Shown: in pieces, positions 14,101 to 26,800 of the stretch | Layout of the letters: every line of letters starts with the position of its first letter | How positions within the stretch are numbered: the first letter of the stretch is position 1 | DNA from: Sphagnum compactum | Lineage: Eukaryota | DNA: 64,000 nt | Direction: 5' to 3' | Assembly (NCBI GenBank): GCA_965153455.1 | Contig: OZ234494.1 | Location: 1,798,001-1,862,000, forward strand | Translations under genes and position numbers: made by a program | Notes under the pieces: model-generated | Told to the model about the DNA's origin: nothing | Database searches by the model: none | The model's input: only the letters and a program-made list of their open reading frames with translations

Positions 14101-14907
14101 GTCTAGAATGACTGTAACACCACTGTTCTGTTTGGATTTGTCAGTGTCCAATTGTTCAACACTTGATAATACCATGGATTTCTAATCCAGCTGGTTTCAA
14201 CAAACATTAAAAGATGCATCTCATCATGATAGCAAAATGTGTAAAATTTGTGATACAGGCGCGTGACTGAAGATGGATTGGCTGTCCCATACATCTCATA
14301 TATGTTGATGACCAAACAAAAGGTTGAATTTTTTTGATGCTGCCAAGCCTGGATGGCTTGGAGATGTTTACCCTCTCAACTCAGTTGTACAATGAATTTT
14401 TCATTCACAGAGCATTACCTCATCATTACGTGTTATTTGCAATTCTTTTTTGGGTTTCTTTTGAGAATTGTGCCTTTTCTTGATGAGAATCAGCTTAACA
14501 ACAACATCATCACAGAATTTCTCATGAGGATGAGAGTTGTGCAGGATAGAGTTGATATTTACAACTGGGACTGCTTGTCTTCCACCACAGTGTTTTCACA
14601 ATGTAAAGAATCTGATGGTTGATCTGCTTTAACCACCATAGCTGAGACCTGTAATGGTATGCCCAAAAGCAATGTCAATGTCAAGATGCTTCAAGGCCAT
14701 GATCAAACACAAATCTTGCAGTGACAATCAAAGGGCTTTGGACATCAGTTCCTTTCTGGAATGTTGGGATTGGGCACTGTTTGTTCTCGGAAGAAGGATT
14801 GGCCTAAACTATCAAGTTTACAAGAACAAATCTGTCCTTGATAATTCCGCTCAAAGATTTTACAGTGGCCCATCATCAAGTCTAGTGTTTGATGTCTTGT
14901 CATTCAT

Positions 14908-16143
14908 TTATCTTTGCTTGATGGCAGCTCGGGTGGCCTCTTCATGAGAGGATGGAAAAAGCTCCACATATCGACTCCCCAATGTCATTTTGTCCTTGTT
15001 CATTGCAGCCTTAGCCTCCAAAGTACTACTAAATTCCACAAAGGCTTCCCCAGTGGCCCGCCCATCACCATGCACTACAATATGCACATTCTCCTCTGCA
15101 AGGGAAAAACCCCTGAAGAACTCTATCACATTCCGTTTGGATGCTGAAAAGGGCAAGCCCCTGAGCTTTAATACCCCAGTGTGCTTTAGATGCTCTTTTC
15201 CAGAGCGAAGAGGTTTCATAATCACCGACGATATTATTGGAGGCATTGGCCGAGATGGTAAGAGGTCATCGGATCTCTTGCAGGGGTCGGCAACATCAGC
15301 GGCAACGGCATGGTAGTAGTCTTGTTTCTTGCACCTAAACACTTCAATGTAACGTCGTCCCATATTGTGTCGGTTCTTCTGTAGTGCATATTCTACCTGC
15401 ACAGGTACTCCAAGGACCACAAAAGCCTCCCCTGAGAAACGGCCTTGTTTGCGCACAAGGAGTACATCCACCACGTCCAACCCCGCAAAGAACTCAAACA
15501 CATCCCCATCGCTGCAGTTAAACGGCAACCCCCTGAGGCGCACCACAGGCAGTGGCCTGGGCTGCCCCAGCAGCAGGGAGGCCCCCCCATCTATGAGGCG
15601 TTGCCTTTTTGCCCCGACCTCGTATGCATCCGCACCCCCCAAGTAAGACCTTCAGTCCATCCCCACCCAACATCCCACGTACTCACCCGCGTCAATATTG
15701 CTCCCATCTCACCCTCGGCTAATCTCTATTTAGTTGGCGTGTTTCATAACACACTGGCTCCCCTCGGAGCCTATTGTTTTTAGTCTAAAGAAGTGAGAGA
15801 GGAAACTAACGAGTGCATGCGATGAAGAAGACACTCACTGATCAATGTAAACCCTTGTTTTCCAAAAAACTGTGGTTTTTCTACCATTACTTTTCTCCAA
15901 TTTGGACTAAACAGAACAATGTCGTCGGAAATTGCCACAGAAACGAGGCCAACTCAAAAGCCTTTGACTGTGCCTTTATGTTAACTAAATTCTTTTTTGA
16001 GTACAACCAAACATATACAAACTCCTTTAGAAAAGTTCGGGAGATGGGTGCCAATTGAAATCATCATCTTCATCAAGCTGGAAAACATTATGAGCTTGTA
16101 TGTTTATTCCTCTCTCACTCACTTACCCCCTGGAAAACATCAT
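14908..16143 (-). CDS. hnRNP F/H-like RNA-binding protein with two qRRM domains (~252 aa)
   Basis: Exon 1 is 16143-16127 (ATG ATG TTT TCC AGG GG|GTAAGT), spliced to exon 2 at 15649-14908, giving MMFSRGSYLGGADAYEVGAKRQR... It has two qRRMs: VVRLRGLPF...GEAFV...RYIEVF and VLKLRGLPF...GEAFVEF...RYVELF. Confidence 0.9.
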
Positions 16144-16264
16144 AATTGGTGTCCTCCACCTGACTTTTCTCATACAATCGATCCCACTCACATGATCCTT
16201 TGGTTTCAATAGGTCCCTTTTCACAGAAGTGACTCAAAATTATTTCCGTCTGCTCCTGCAGGCG

Positions 16265-16286
16265 TCTCTCTCTCTCTCTCTCTCTC
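16265..16286. repeat. (CT)n microsatellite in the 5' leader of the hnRNP F/H-like gene
   Basis: About 11 TC units in a row. Confidence 0.85.
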
Positions 16287-18129
16287 CTTCGCCCTTGGGC
16301 CCCCCACCAACCCCCAATCTTTCCAACCACTTTTGGTAAGGATGTTGACGTAATTGAACAATGGATTTCGACACCGCCCTTTGAGGTGGCCTAATTGCAA
16401 CTCTCTCTCGCTACGCCTTTCTTCCTCTACTTCTCTGTCTTTCACATAGTCTGACTCTCTTTTCTGCAACATGATGGTTAGGGTTAGTTTCTGTTCCTTG
16501 CAAGAAATAGTGGTCGTTAGGAGGAACCAACCGCAACATCGGCACTACCAACACCTGTCCACCACATTACCTGTCTACCTCCCCAACACACATTTTCTAC
16601 CTGCTGGAGATTGTAACTGGGCACTTGCAACAGCATCAGAAGGATTTAGGGCTTCTCGGCCTCATGAACATTCATCTAATTTTAACAAGTCAAGATGTGG
16701 CTAGCTCATAGCTTTCCAAACTGTGGGGATTTCACACTGGGTATTATAGGGGAACCACTTCCAAGATTATGTTGCAGTGCAATAATGCATTGTTCTAATA
16801 GAAGGTGCACAGCAGTAGCCATGAGGCAGGGACTGACAGGGTTCCACAGAGACCTGATCCCCACCACAATGTGCCTGAGCATTGAACAACTTGAACAAAC
16901 ATGGAATGTCATGTAGATAAACATTGATCGGATATGTAGATAAACAAGATCCCCACCATGAAGTAGTGCAGTCTGGGGTTTGCTGGGTGTTCTTCATGTA
17001 CTTCATGTGCTTGCTTTCAAACCTTCCATGCTGGACAGCCCAGGCCTCAACATATCATTAGAAGAGTTGACTTTACTGACATTGATCATCCTACTATCAG
17101 AGACAGAAATTCAAAAGTTGTGGATTGCAAAGAAGGCCTACCTAGCAGCTTTTAGTTCTCAAGTCAGAAGGTGTCATTTAACCATAAGAAAAGATGAGGA
17201 GATACCAGGTCTGATTTGCCATGCTTGAAGTGATGCGACATGGCAATATGCACAAGTAGAATACTACTTCACTTGCAAGACCAGAAAATATTATGTAAAG
17301 CCTTCCTTGCAAGTAAAGGATTGAGAGTCCTACTAGAACCAGCCGAGTACAAGACTATGCCAACCATAACTATGGTCTTGCACATATGTGACTAAAAAAG
17401 GTCAGCAAGCAACTCCATGGACATTTCTTTGCAGAAGCATTTAAGTCCAAAAGCCCTCACATTTTATGGGAAAGTGCAACTGCACAGCAGATCCCACCAA
17501 CTCCTTGATATATGCCACATTCTCCAGGTTTCCCATCCATCCACAAGATACACCTCATGGAAGTCAACTAGCATTCAGTGTCTACTTCCTTAACATCATC
17601 CATAATTATTGAGACAACACTAGTAAGAATTTTCAACCAAAAGGCATAAAAGCATTGTCCACCAGAGATTTGATGGGGTTACTTTGTGTTTCAAATACAT
17701 ATAAACTAACCAGCCCTACTGCAGGCATCCTGGGGTATTTTATCAAATAGGCAGCACTCATTGAGTTTGGTACTTGTTTGAATGCTCGAAGAGGCCAGAT
17801 GAACTCACCACAAAGCGGTGATACATGCAGTTTCCAAAAGGTATAGGGCATAAGAATGTTGACATTCAACACCCGTCTGCTTCAACTAATTAGGGTAAGC
17901 TTGGAACCCAATGTTTCTCAAATTCAATGGTACAAAATTGGCATCCCCAACAGGACATGTAGGCTTGAATATAGGGTTCAAGAGAACATACAACTTGAAC
18001 AAAGTGAATGCTGGAAGACCTCAGTTTCAATGGGTTACTAGGTCAAACAGATTATCATGGTTCTGACTCATATACAAGCAAGGTGGAGTGACAAGAGAGT
18101 TCATAAAATTGATGAGTTCAATGGCCCAC

Positions 18130-20318
18130 CTTAATTTGCTGGTGATTGTAGGTGTATGTTGCATGAATGTGATCATCAGAGCCCAATACTACTGCAGAAT
18201 AAGAAAACTGCCCTTCATCTTGATTTTCCAGTGTCATGTAGTAATCGTTCCAAGTGTTGCCATCATCATCAGAGATGGCCACTATAAGAACCCCACGAGT
18301 TACTGATTTATAAAGCACTAGAAACCGTCCATCAGGTAGCTTCACACCATAAAATCCTGACCATTTGGCCACACTACAGTTTGTGAGAGAGAAGCACATT
18401 GAAGTATGCTGCAACTTTGCAGTAAACATCAAAGAAAGAGACAAACTGAGTTGTGAATAGCCTTATTTTTAGTATTCAAAGTGAAATGGAAACTGCTAGA
18501 AATATGCATGTGAGGAGGTTGAGAGTGGAATAGAAAAAAGAATGGAGGTGCTTATGTCAATTAGTAAGTTGCATAGAAGAGTACACAAGAATTATTTGCT
18601 CGTCCAAGAAATACAAGGACTAACCAGAGTTGCAATTGACAAGATCAGTGGGAGTTGCAATACTCCATGTGACTCCCTCATCAAGTGATGATGCCATGCA
18701 TATTCTTCCAATCCCATCTGAAGCCCTCAAGAGGACCGGAATGATACCCTGGGCTGTTACAAATGGAACTGGTTGAACTCACAAGGCAGCAAGATAATGT
18801 CAATCTTGTAGAAAGAAGCAGCTTGCCGGTAGGCATTTTGAAAAAGGGTTCCACATGGGCCCTTCTGGTTCATCATCCACCAGCTCTGGAGAGCTCCAAA
18901 CCCCTCCCTATTTGTGCTAGCAACAAACATTTCAGTTCCCTTCTTCCTACTTCACTTCATATGCATATCAGGACTGAACATGGCAAACAGCACTATGATA
19001 GCCTTGACAAAACTCCTGCCACTTAGAAGTCATCACGGTTTGAATCCTCAATCTGAGAGATCCACTAAAGAAAAATACATTAGACATGGAGATATATTGT
19101 CTAAGGAAACAATTCCATCTGTCTGCTTTTGGAGAATCCAATCAGGGGGACGCAACATTCAATGTGGCGTCTGGATACAGTACATTGTTCATATTGAGCC
19201 ACTCTGGCTAGGCAACAGCAATGAGAATGACAATACAGAAGAACTAAATAGGTCCAAAAAACTTGAAGACCATAAAAAAAGATGGATTAGAGGTATACCT
19301 TGAGGTGGGAGACCTATATGCCAACATCACCAAGCCCCTCGTAAGTGCCTGCAAAATAGGCTACAAGGAAAGATCCTGGTTCCAACTGCATGCCAATAAC
19401 AGACGTGGTAGCCAGAATAATGATATGTAGCTCTCTCAATTTCATCAGCGTCACTTGCCAATCAACGATCTGAACACTGGTGATCAGAAAATATGACACA
19501 AGAAAATCCAAATATGAAATAACAAGCGACCAAAGTGACCATCTCACAGTACAGTAATGTCCCAAGTTCTGGCAGCCATTGTTAAGAAGTACCTCAACTA
19601 TGGAAGAGGCATGACAACTAGGGAATGGCACTGCTCCAAGCTCAAACAAATACTCCTCTTTCACCAGGGCACTCTGAGGGAAGGGGCTTGTCTCATTCTC
19701 AAACGCAGACTGCATCTGAGTATCTTCCTCAGGATTTTCTTCCATACTACTGCAGCCACAACCACATGGCCAAATTGTTTACACATGGGCACAGCTATTT
19801 GTGTTAGTTGCACACAGTCGGGTTCAATAATTTGCTCAAAGCTAGCAAGTGTTTTGAAAGTCTATCAGATTATGCTCTTAAAGACCAGAGGATGAATCCC
19901 TAACCTCTAAACATAAACTTCTGCATGAACTGGAGTAGATGTGGGCACCAACTAGGTTAGAAAAAATGATATTCCTAGCAACAATGTTAAGACATGGACA
20001 TGTTCTAATGTAAATGAAACTCAGTCTGAAATATGCATATTGCTGAGAGATTTTGCTGTTCTTAGGTCTAAAAATTTCTTTACTACCTCTGGAAGTTGTT
20101 TTTGTGTGTCTTTTTCAATCCAGGGGAACCTTATATTATCAGTCTCAGGAACTGGGTCACCCGTGTCATCATCAGCTGTAGGCAAACTTTTGCAGAAAGA
20201 GGATATGATCCCAAGGGCAATGCAAATAGTAATCAACACAAGTGCCCATTCTGTGGAAAATTTGGAATAAACCGCTGGAGTCCTGACAATGTCCTGAGGC
20301 TCCAGCAATCCCACCCCC
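18130..20318 (-). pseudogene. BNR/Asp-box repeat (sialidase-fold) family pseudogene
   Basis: Exons ~19749-19593 (PFPSCHASSIVE), 19385-19299 (FLVAYFAGTYEG..DVGI*), 18907-18625 (PMWNP...QPVP...SLDEGVTW) and 18356-18130 (ISDDDGNTW...FSY..V...HATYTYN). Lesions: TAG at 19314-19316 where Trp is expected, frameshifts at ~18810-18845 and loss of the central region. A signal-peptide-like exon lies at ~20318-20130. The first and last exons are unresolved. Confidence 0.85.
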
Positions 20319-21769
20319 CTATAGAAAAATGTAAGGCTGTATGAATTGGACAGATTTTCTTCAATTCAATGCAAAAACCCCCACAAGCTAAGCTATTCTA
20401 CTGTGAACAATTAGTTGGCTGACATCCCACCATGCACACATGCATTCAGGAATATGTTTATGCTATGTGCAAAAATCCCAGCTAAAATCTACACAAAGGA
20501 TTACGTTAAAATATGTGCAGATTTCTCATGAGCTGCTTTCTGAAGACCACCAATACCCCTTATTTCATTTTACTGTAAACGGAAAATCTGTTGAAATCAC
20601 AAAAACACACGTAACCTCAAATAATTCTGGGCATTTCCCCGAACTTTTTCCCCAAGAGAGAACTACATCCTTATCCTCCGGGACGCAAGAGAAAGGTCCC
20701 TATGTTGCTATGAAGGAAATGGCTACTATAATCCCACCCCAAATGCTCACAGAAGCCCATAGACCACTAAGAGATTCCCCTGAAGCGTTTCTCACAGCGC
20801 CCGCCATGTCCTGATAGTCTACTAGTTGAAGAAAAGGGACGCAGGAAAAATAGCGAAGGATTTGACTGCAACGATTCCACCACGAGCCCACACACGCATA
20901 TAGAGATTTCCCGATGAACTGTTTCCAAAAGCACACGATAGAGCTTGATTCTCTACGACTGGAAGGAAACGAGTGCCTGGCATTCTTATTCCCGAGCCCG
21001 TCTCCGAGAACTGCTCCATCCTATGGAAGCGTCAACTGAACAACACGGCCTCCTACATGGGCTCTTTACAGAGTTGCGAGCGCCGCCGAGATTTTCACGC
21101 ATGAAATTGGACCCGACAACAACCTGGGGTTGTCGTCAATGTTGTTGTTTTTCTTCGTCAATGCAGCGATGAAACAGCCGGTTGATGATGAGTACTGTTG
21201 GTGTTTCTGTCACCAATGTTGCCCAGTGCCTCTCTTTTGTCCCTGCGATTGCTGCTCACCGGCATCGCCATGTCAACAAATTGTGTGACTCTCTCTTTCC
21301 TCCGCCGAGGCATTACTGCGCAAGGACCTTTTCTGCCATCGCCACAGACAAGAGGCTCCCCGACAAGAGCAGCAGCAGCAACAGCAGTGCCGCCTTGGCA
21401 AACACTCGCACAGCGTTCTCACTGTGTCAGTCGTCCCCTTGAGATCTGTTATTTTTTAGTTACCAAATCTCTCTCTCAATGACGTTTCCTTGTTCCCCAA
21501 TTCTCCATCTGCTACAATCTGATTGAGTGAGTGTCGGGGCGAAGAAAAAGAAGATGGTTTTGCTCCTCTCTCGTAAGGTGTGTTTTTTCCCACCATTTGA
21601 TTTTGAAGTTAAGGATGTTCTCTCGTTTCTTGTTATCAGCTTTGGGCGATAGTCCACGCACTCTCTCCCATCGCCTGGCAGAATACAATGGGAAATTCAA
21701 AATGGGACAAAATTGCAGTGTGTTTTTCCATACAATGAGGTTTTTGATCCAGATACTCTTCTCTTCTTG

Positions 21770-22137
21770 GAGCATCTCGAGCGGTGCTCAGTATGTGACG
21801 CTGCGAAAATATTTTTCACATCCAAGTTTAGTTACGTACTCTTTTACAACCCCACCCATAAAACTGAAACTGAGACATCAAATAGGGGGGGGACTAGTAA
21901 TAGCAAACCACCTGGACCAATCAATATGATGGGCCAATCAGAAACACTGGGCAGCAATTGGCTCATATTTATTACACTCTTTCCTGCAGGTGCACAGCGC
22001 TGCTGCGCCTTTTACTAGCCACGGCAAACGTGCGCAATTATGCGCAGCCAAAACCAATTTCCTGAGCCAAACTGGCATGTGTTGGATTTTCTTCATCCAA
22101 TTTTACTGTGCAGGATCACATACTGTTGGAGATGCTC
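21770..22137. mobile_element. Tourist/PIF-Harbinger-like MITE
   Basis: Terminal inverted repeats GAGCATCTC...CAGTATGTGA and TCACATACTG...GAGATGCTC. The right flank is TTA and the left flank TTG (imperfect 3-bp TSD). Non-coding, 368 bp. Confidence 0.7.
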
Positions 22138-22282
22138 TTAGAAGGCGTATTATGGCCGGTGGGCTTTCTGTTTTCATAAAGTCGGATGGCCATTTTTGAT
22201 TTTTTGTGGTGATATCCTGTGGGTACCAACCGAGTATCACATGAAAAAAGAAAAAGAAACGCTCATTTCTACACTATCTAGA

Positions 22283-23063
22283 AGAAGAAACCCCGAGAAG
22301 GGGTGGGAGGCAGCAGCCCCATCAAACATTAAAGAAATCCAAGAAATACAAGGGGGGCAAGAAGCACCACACGATGGTGACGCAATCAACCCCAAAGATG
22401 CCTAAGTGGCACCATTCCGCCTTAAAGGCTTGCTCAATCCTATCTTGAATACTAGGGTCCCGGGTGGACCGAAGGGAATTAATGGCCTTCCAAGTGGCCA
22501 TTCCAACCTCAACTGTAGCAACCCAGGCTTTTTGAAGGATTTTCCTAGAGGAATACTAGTTATCAAAATGCTTCCGGCATCTCTCTGTCCAAAGAAAGTA
22601 GAGGATAAAACTGCGAAGGATGTCAAGTGGTTGTCTGATGTAGGAGAAGCCTCCTACATGGTACCCTTGGACTCCAGGGGGGTCATCTTCTCTCCCGAAG
22701 ACAGCTTCACCAAGCATGACGAAAGGCCAGGAAAGAATGATGTCATTGGGCGCTCCCCATTTTTGCCATATGTGATAGAAGGCCTCCCAAGCTCGTTTGG
22801 CGCGGGGACACTCGAGGAGACAGTGTTGAGGGGATTCAGGGGCCTCCTCAGTGCAAACCTTGCACGTGGGGAAGATCCCCATGCATTGTAGCCATGTGCC
22901 AACCGGGAGAGACCCCGGTTTAAAGTGAGCCATATGAGAGTGCCGACCTTCCGGGGTCAGGCGTTATGCCAGATTCTGGCAATAACTTGTGTAACGGTGG
23001 AGTTTTGCAAGTTTAACCTTTGAATGAAGGAACAGATGTTGGCGCTATGGGTGGGTTTCCTTG
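22283..23063 (-). mobile_element. 5'-truncated LINE (3' end of ORF2, zf-RVT) with 11-bp TSD
   Basis: Minus-strand translation IARIWHNA*PRKVGTLIWLTLNRG/LPVGTWL...CKVCTEEAPESPQHCLLECPRAKRAW (zf-RVT CCHC). The direct repeat CACTATCTAGA flanks it at 22272-22282 and 23064-23074. Confidence 0.85.
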
Positions 23064-23586
23064 CACTATCTAGAGCCCATGGACAAGAGCTTTATGGAAA
23101 TTCGAGCCTCCCTCCCCCCCTCACTCACCCCAGGGTCCCTTATTTCCATAAAGCAGCTGTCCTGGGGCTTTACCCAACACATGGGATAAACCGGCCAGTG
23201 ACCAAACACTTAAGTGCTCAGTGCAGGCTGGATTCAAGGGGAGGGCTCTGTTGTTTTTAGTGTCCAAACAAAATTTGAACCCCTCCTATTGGCGCATCTG
23301 GCACACTAAAAATCGTCTCAAATGAAATAGATTTGAGAAAATTACAGCCTCCCGAAGTAGAAGGGTGGAAGAACTAAAAGAAACAAACCACCAAATGCTG
23401 CGATGCTTATTCTCCATCGCTCAAAAAATTCCTTGTCTGTTGCTATTAGAGTTCAAAGTTGATTTGTAGAACTTCAGTTGAGCGGCTATAACATTTTAAA
23501 TTGTTTAAAATGAATAAGAAATAAGAAAGTTATGAGGTTTGAAAGTAGAAGGGATCAAAATGAAAAAAATTGAAAAAAAATGCGAT

Positions 23587-23882
23587 TTACAATTCGAAAA
23601 AACGTGTTTTCTTTACCTATCTTTTTTGGCTGGTTCTTTGGCTTTGTGTTTCAATCATGATTTTTACAATTCGAAAAAACATATTTTGTTTACTATCTTT
23701 TTTGGCTGGTTCTTTGGCTTTGTGCTTCAATCATGATTTTTACAATTCGAAAAAACATATTTTGTTTACTATCTTTTTTGGCTGGTTCTTTGGCTTTGTG
23801 CTTCAATCATGATTTTTACAATTCGAAAAAACATATTTTTTTTACTGCTCTGTTTTGGCTGGTTCTTTGGCTTTGCATTTCA
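23587..23882. repeat. Tandem repeat, ~77-bp unit x~4
   Basis: TTTACAATTCGAAAAAACATATTTTGTTTACTATCTTTTTTGGCTGGTTCTTTGGCTTTGTGCTTCAATCATGATT is repeated, and the two middle copies are identical. Confidence 0.9.
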
Positions 23883-26800
23883 AAGACTATTTGTAGAGCT
23901 TGAGAAGGTGCTCCTATAACATTTTAAATCACTCAAAGTGGAGAAGAATTGTGAAAGATCTGCCAAAATGTTCGATCATAGGTAGGCAATTGGTGATGGG
24001 CCAGTTTACCTGAAAGAATCACCTGATTTTCCATAGTAATTTTGGTTATTTGTGCACATGAAAGACCTTTAGACCTTTTTGAATTGGAGCCTCAAATTTG
24101 GCCTTCTCCCATATCTAGGAGTGTCATGTTGACATGGCATCTATATGGTGCTGACATGGCTCTGACATGCCATGTGGCATTTTATGTGGCACTGATGTGA
24201 AAGCTGACATGGCATTCATGTGGCACCTTGAAAAGTTTAGGAAACAGACATTCCCACACACGTATTTCCCATGTTGAGAGCGTTGTATTCCCATGTGAGA
24301 TTGTCACATTCTCCTATGGCACATGATGTTCCCATGAATGTGAACATTGATAATCTTGTTGTCCTTTCATGTTTTGGAATGCCTGGTCCTCACACAATTA
24401 TGATCATTGAGTATCATCCTATCATGTTCCCACATTTGGGAGCATCTTGTTCACACCTATTTACATATGTAATTTGTAAAATTAAAAGGAGGACAAAGGA
24501 TATGGGATAAACTTTTTAGTTATAATATAATATGCAACTAAGTTGTTTAATTATAAATTAGGTTGCAATTAAAAGTTTTATCCCATATGTTTTGTTCTTT
24601 ATTTCTATCCTGTAAACTATATATCGAAATTTTTTTTCATACATTTTCATATTTAAAAAATGTGCCATTTGAGATTATTTAATCAAATAAACTTAATCTT
24701 AACTTCACTAAAACCAAAACACTATAAGAAATTGCGTGTGTTGAATCCATGTTGTCCTACAACGAGAGTTTTAAAAAACTCATATACAATGATTGTGCAA
24801 CTATTCCTTGAGTATTACAATTATCATGCAATTATCCCCTTAAAAATATGAGGACTTAATAAATAAATTTTCATGTTAAAAAATCAATTAGTTGTATTAT
24901 AATTGCAAATGAATTGAAAATGGGTCTTCTATATAATAATTCGTACACACCATACAATACATTCGTAGTGAACCATGTTTGATTTTTTGAAAAGTTGCAT
25001 TGTAATTGCATGTGATAATTAATTTTAAAATGTTATAAATGTGTTGCCACTAACACAACAACTATGTTACAATTAATGTACAATGTACATACATGTGATC
25101 ATGCCATGTGTTTGCATTTTCACTATCTATTATGGGATACATTTACAACTAATTTTCAACCATGATTCTCATTGATACAACTAGTAAGCCCATTAGTGCA
25201 CCACTATTGAACTATTAATGTTCAACTATGTTATGATTATTATGTAACAATTTATAATTTATATGTATTTAATATAATTTGATATGTATTATTTTATAAA
25301 TATATATTTTAAATAATTTGATTATTAGATATTGATTGTGCTTAATACATTTAATTATTATGAACTTATCAATTATATTAAATAAATGACTATTAATCTG
25401 AATAAATAAAAGCAATCCACATAATTATTTTTAATTAATTAATTAATTATGTTAATTAAACTAAATAATATGGATGTATTAAAAAATAATTATTCATCAA
25501 GTAATAATCAAATAAATATTTATTTGAATTGTGGATATTTAATAATGAATAAAACCGATTAATGAAAAAAATTATTATTTCATCAATAATTACAAGATCA
25601 ATAATTTTTTAAAGAAAATAAAAAAATTAATTATATGGATAATTATAATTAAATTAAACATGACTATGCATATAGATAATTAATCATCGGATAATAAATG
25701 ATCAAAAATCAAATAATTTGAAATAAATAACTTAAAAAATAAAATGAATTAAACTGATTATTTCACATAATTTTTATTTAGCTAATTAAATTAAACTATT
25801 TTTAATTAATTAATTACTTAATTGAACTAAAATAACTAATTTAAAAACTAATTCACTAATTAATCCAAATATTTAATTCTCAGATATTTAATTCAAACAT
25901 TTATTTTCAGATCATTATTTCAGATAATTAAATATTAAATAATTGATTCACACATATAAATATCAAATAATTACTAATTTAATTGTATGACTTAGATAAT
26001 GAAAAACAAATATAAAGCATGTGAGAAAATCTTTTTGTAGTTATAACTAAAAACCAACTAAAAGATTTAACCCATATGCTTTGTTTATGAATCCCATATC
26101 ACAAATTGTATAAAGAAGGTGTCTTCTCTTATGTTTTTAAATTAAAATACACATGCCATTTTATGATAAATTAAAAATACTTAACCCCAGAAGCAAAACA
26201 TAAAATAAAATGAAAATATTTACATAACTATTTTTTAATTCTCCTAGTCTTGTATTTTTCTACCTACTTTCCTACCTATGTAAGTAAGTAGGTCTTATTT
26301 TTCTACCTACCTATGTAGGTAAATAGGTATGTAGTGTAAGTAAGTAGGTTTTAGGACCTACCAACCTACCTATCTATGGCTATGTACTGACCTACTTAAC
26401 ATTAAAATAGATTATTTTTCCAAATTTCAATTAATGCGCCATGTGGCAATTTTTTTTATTGTGCCACATGTCATAATCTCAAATTATCATTGACAATCAT
26501 AATAGATGATGGAAATCAATACTTCAAAAAGAAAATCATTTTTAGATTCCAAAATCCTCATAATGTCATGTGTCAAATGAAATTAACAAGATTAACATGA
26601 CATTATGGCTATAGTTGTAGTGAAGTTGCATGGTAGTTGAAAATGAATTGTCTTGACAAAATTGCAATTGAATTGTGATGAATTACATCATATATATGAT
26701 GTTTTGTAAATGGTCATTACAACTCAAAAATTAAGTTGTAAGGTCAATTACAAAACCCCATTTTTCTCATAGTGAAATAAAAATATGTTCCTAACCGTTA

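Noticed and set aside
15650-15686. A 37-nt intron from the GTGAGT donor with an upstream ATG at ~15707 as the hnRNP start
   Set aside because: Too short for a typical plant intron and out of frame. The MMFSRG exon gives the correct phase.
16700-18000. Candidate final exon of the BNR pseudogene (e.g. HIVVG at ~16875)
   Set aside because: The splice phase does not fit and no candidate could be supported.
19314-19316. TAG at an expected Trp as stop-codon readthrough or RNA editing
   Set aside because: Independent frameshifts and a large deletion in the next exon make pseudogenisation the simpler explanation.
22406-22891. 161-aa plus-strand ORF
   Set aside because: Antisense shadow of the LINE ORF2 fragment.
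23587-23882. Regular repeats resembling a CRISPR array; ORFs 23539-23736 and 23570-23812
   Set aside because: No unique spacers and no cas genes in a eukaryotic context. The ORFs are artefacts of the tandem repeat.
25230-26000. Extremely AT-rich stretch (possible organellar insertion or origin)
   Set aside because: No organellar gene or tRNA remnants visible. It is consistent with eroded low-complexity repeat DNA.
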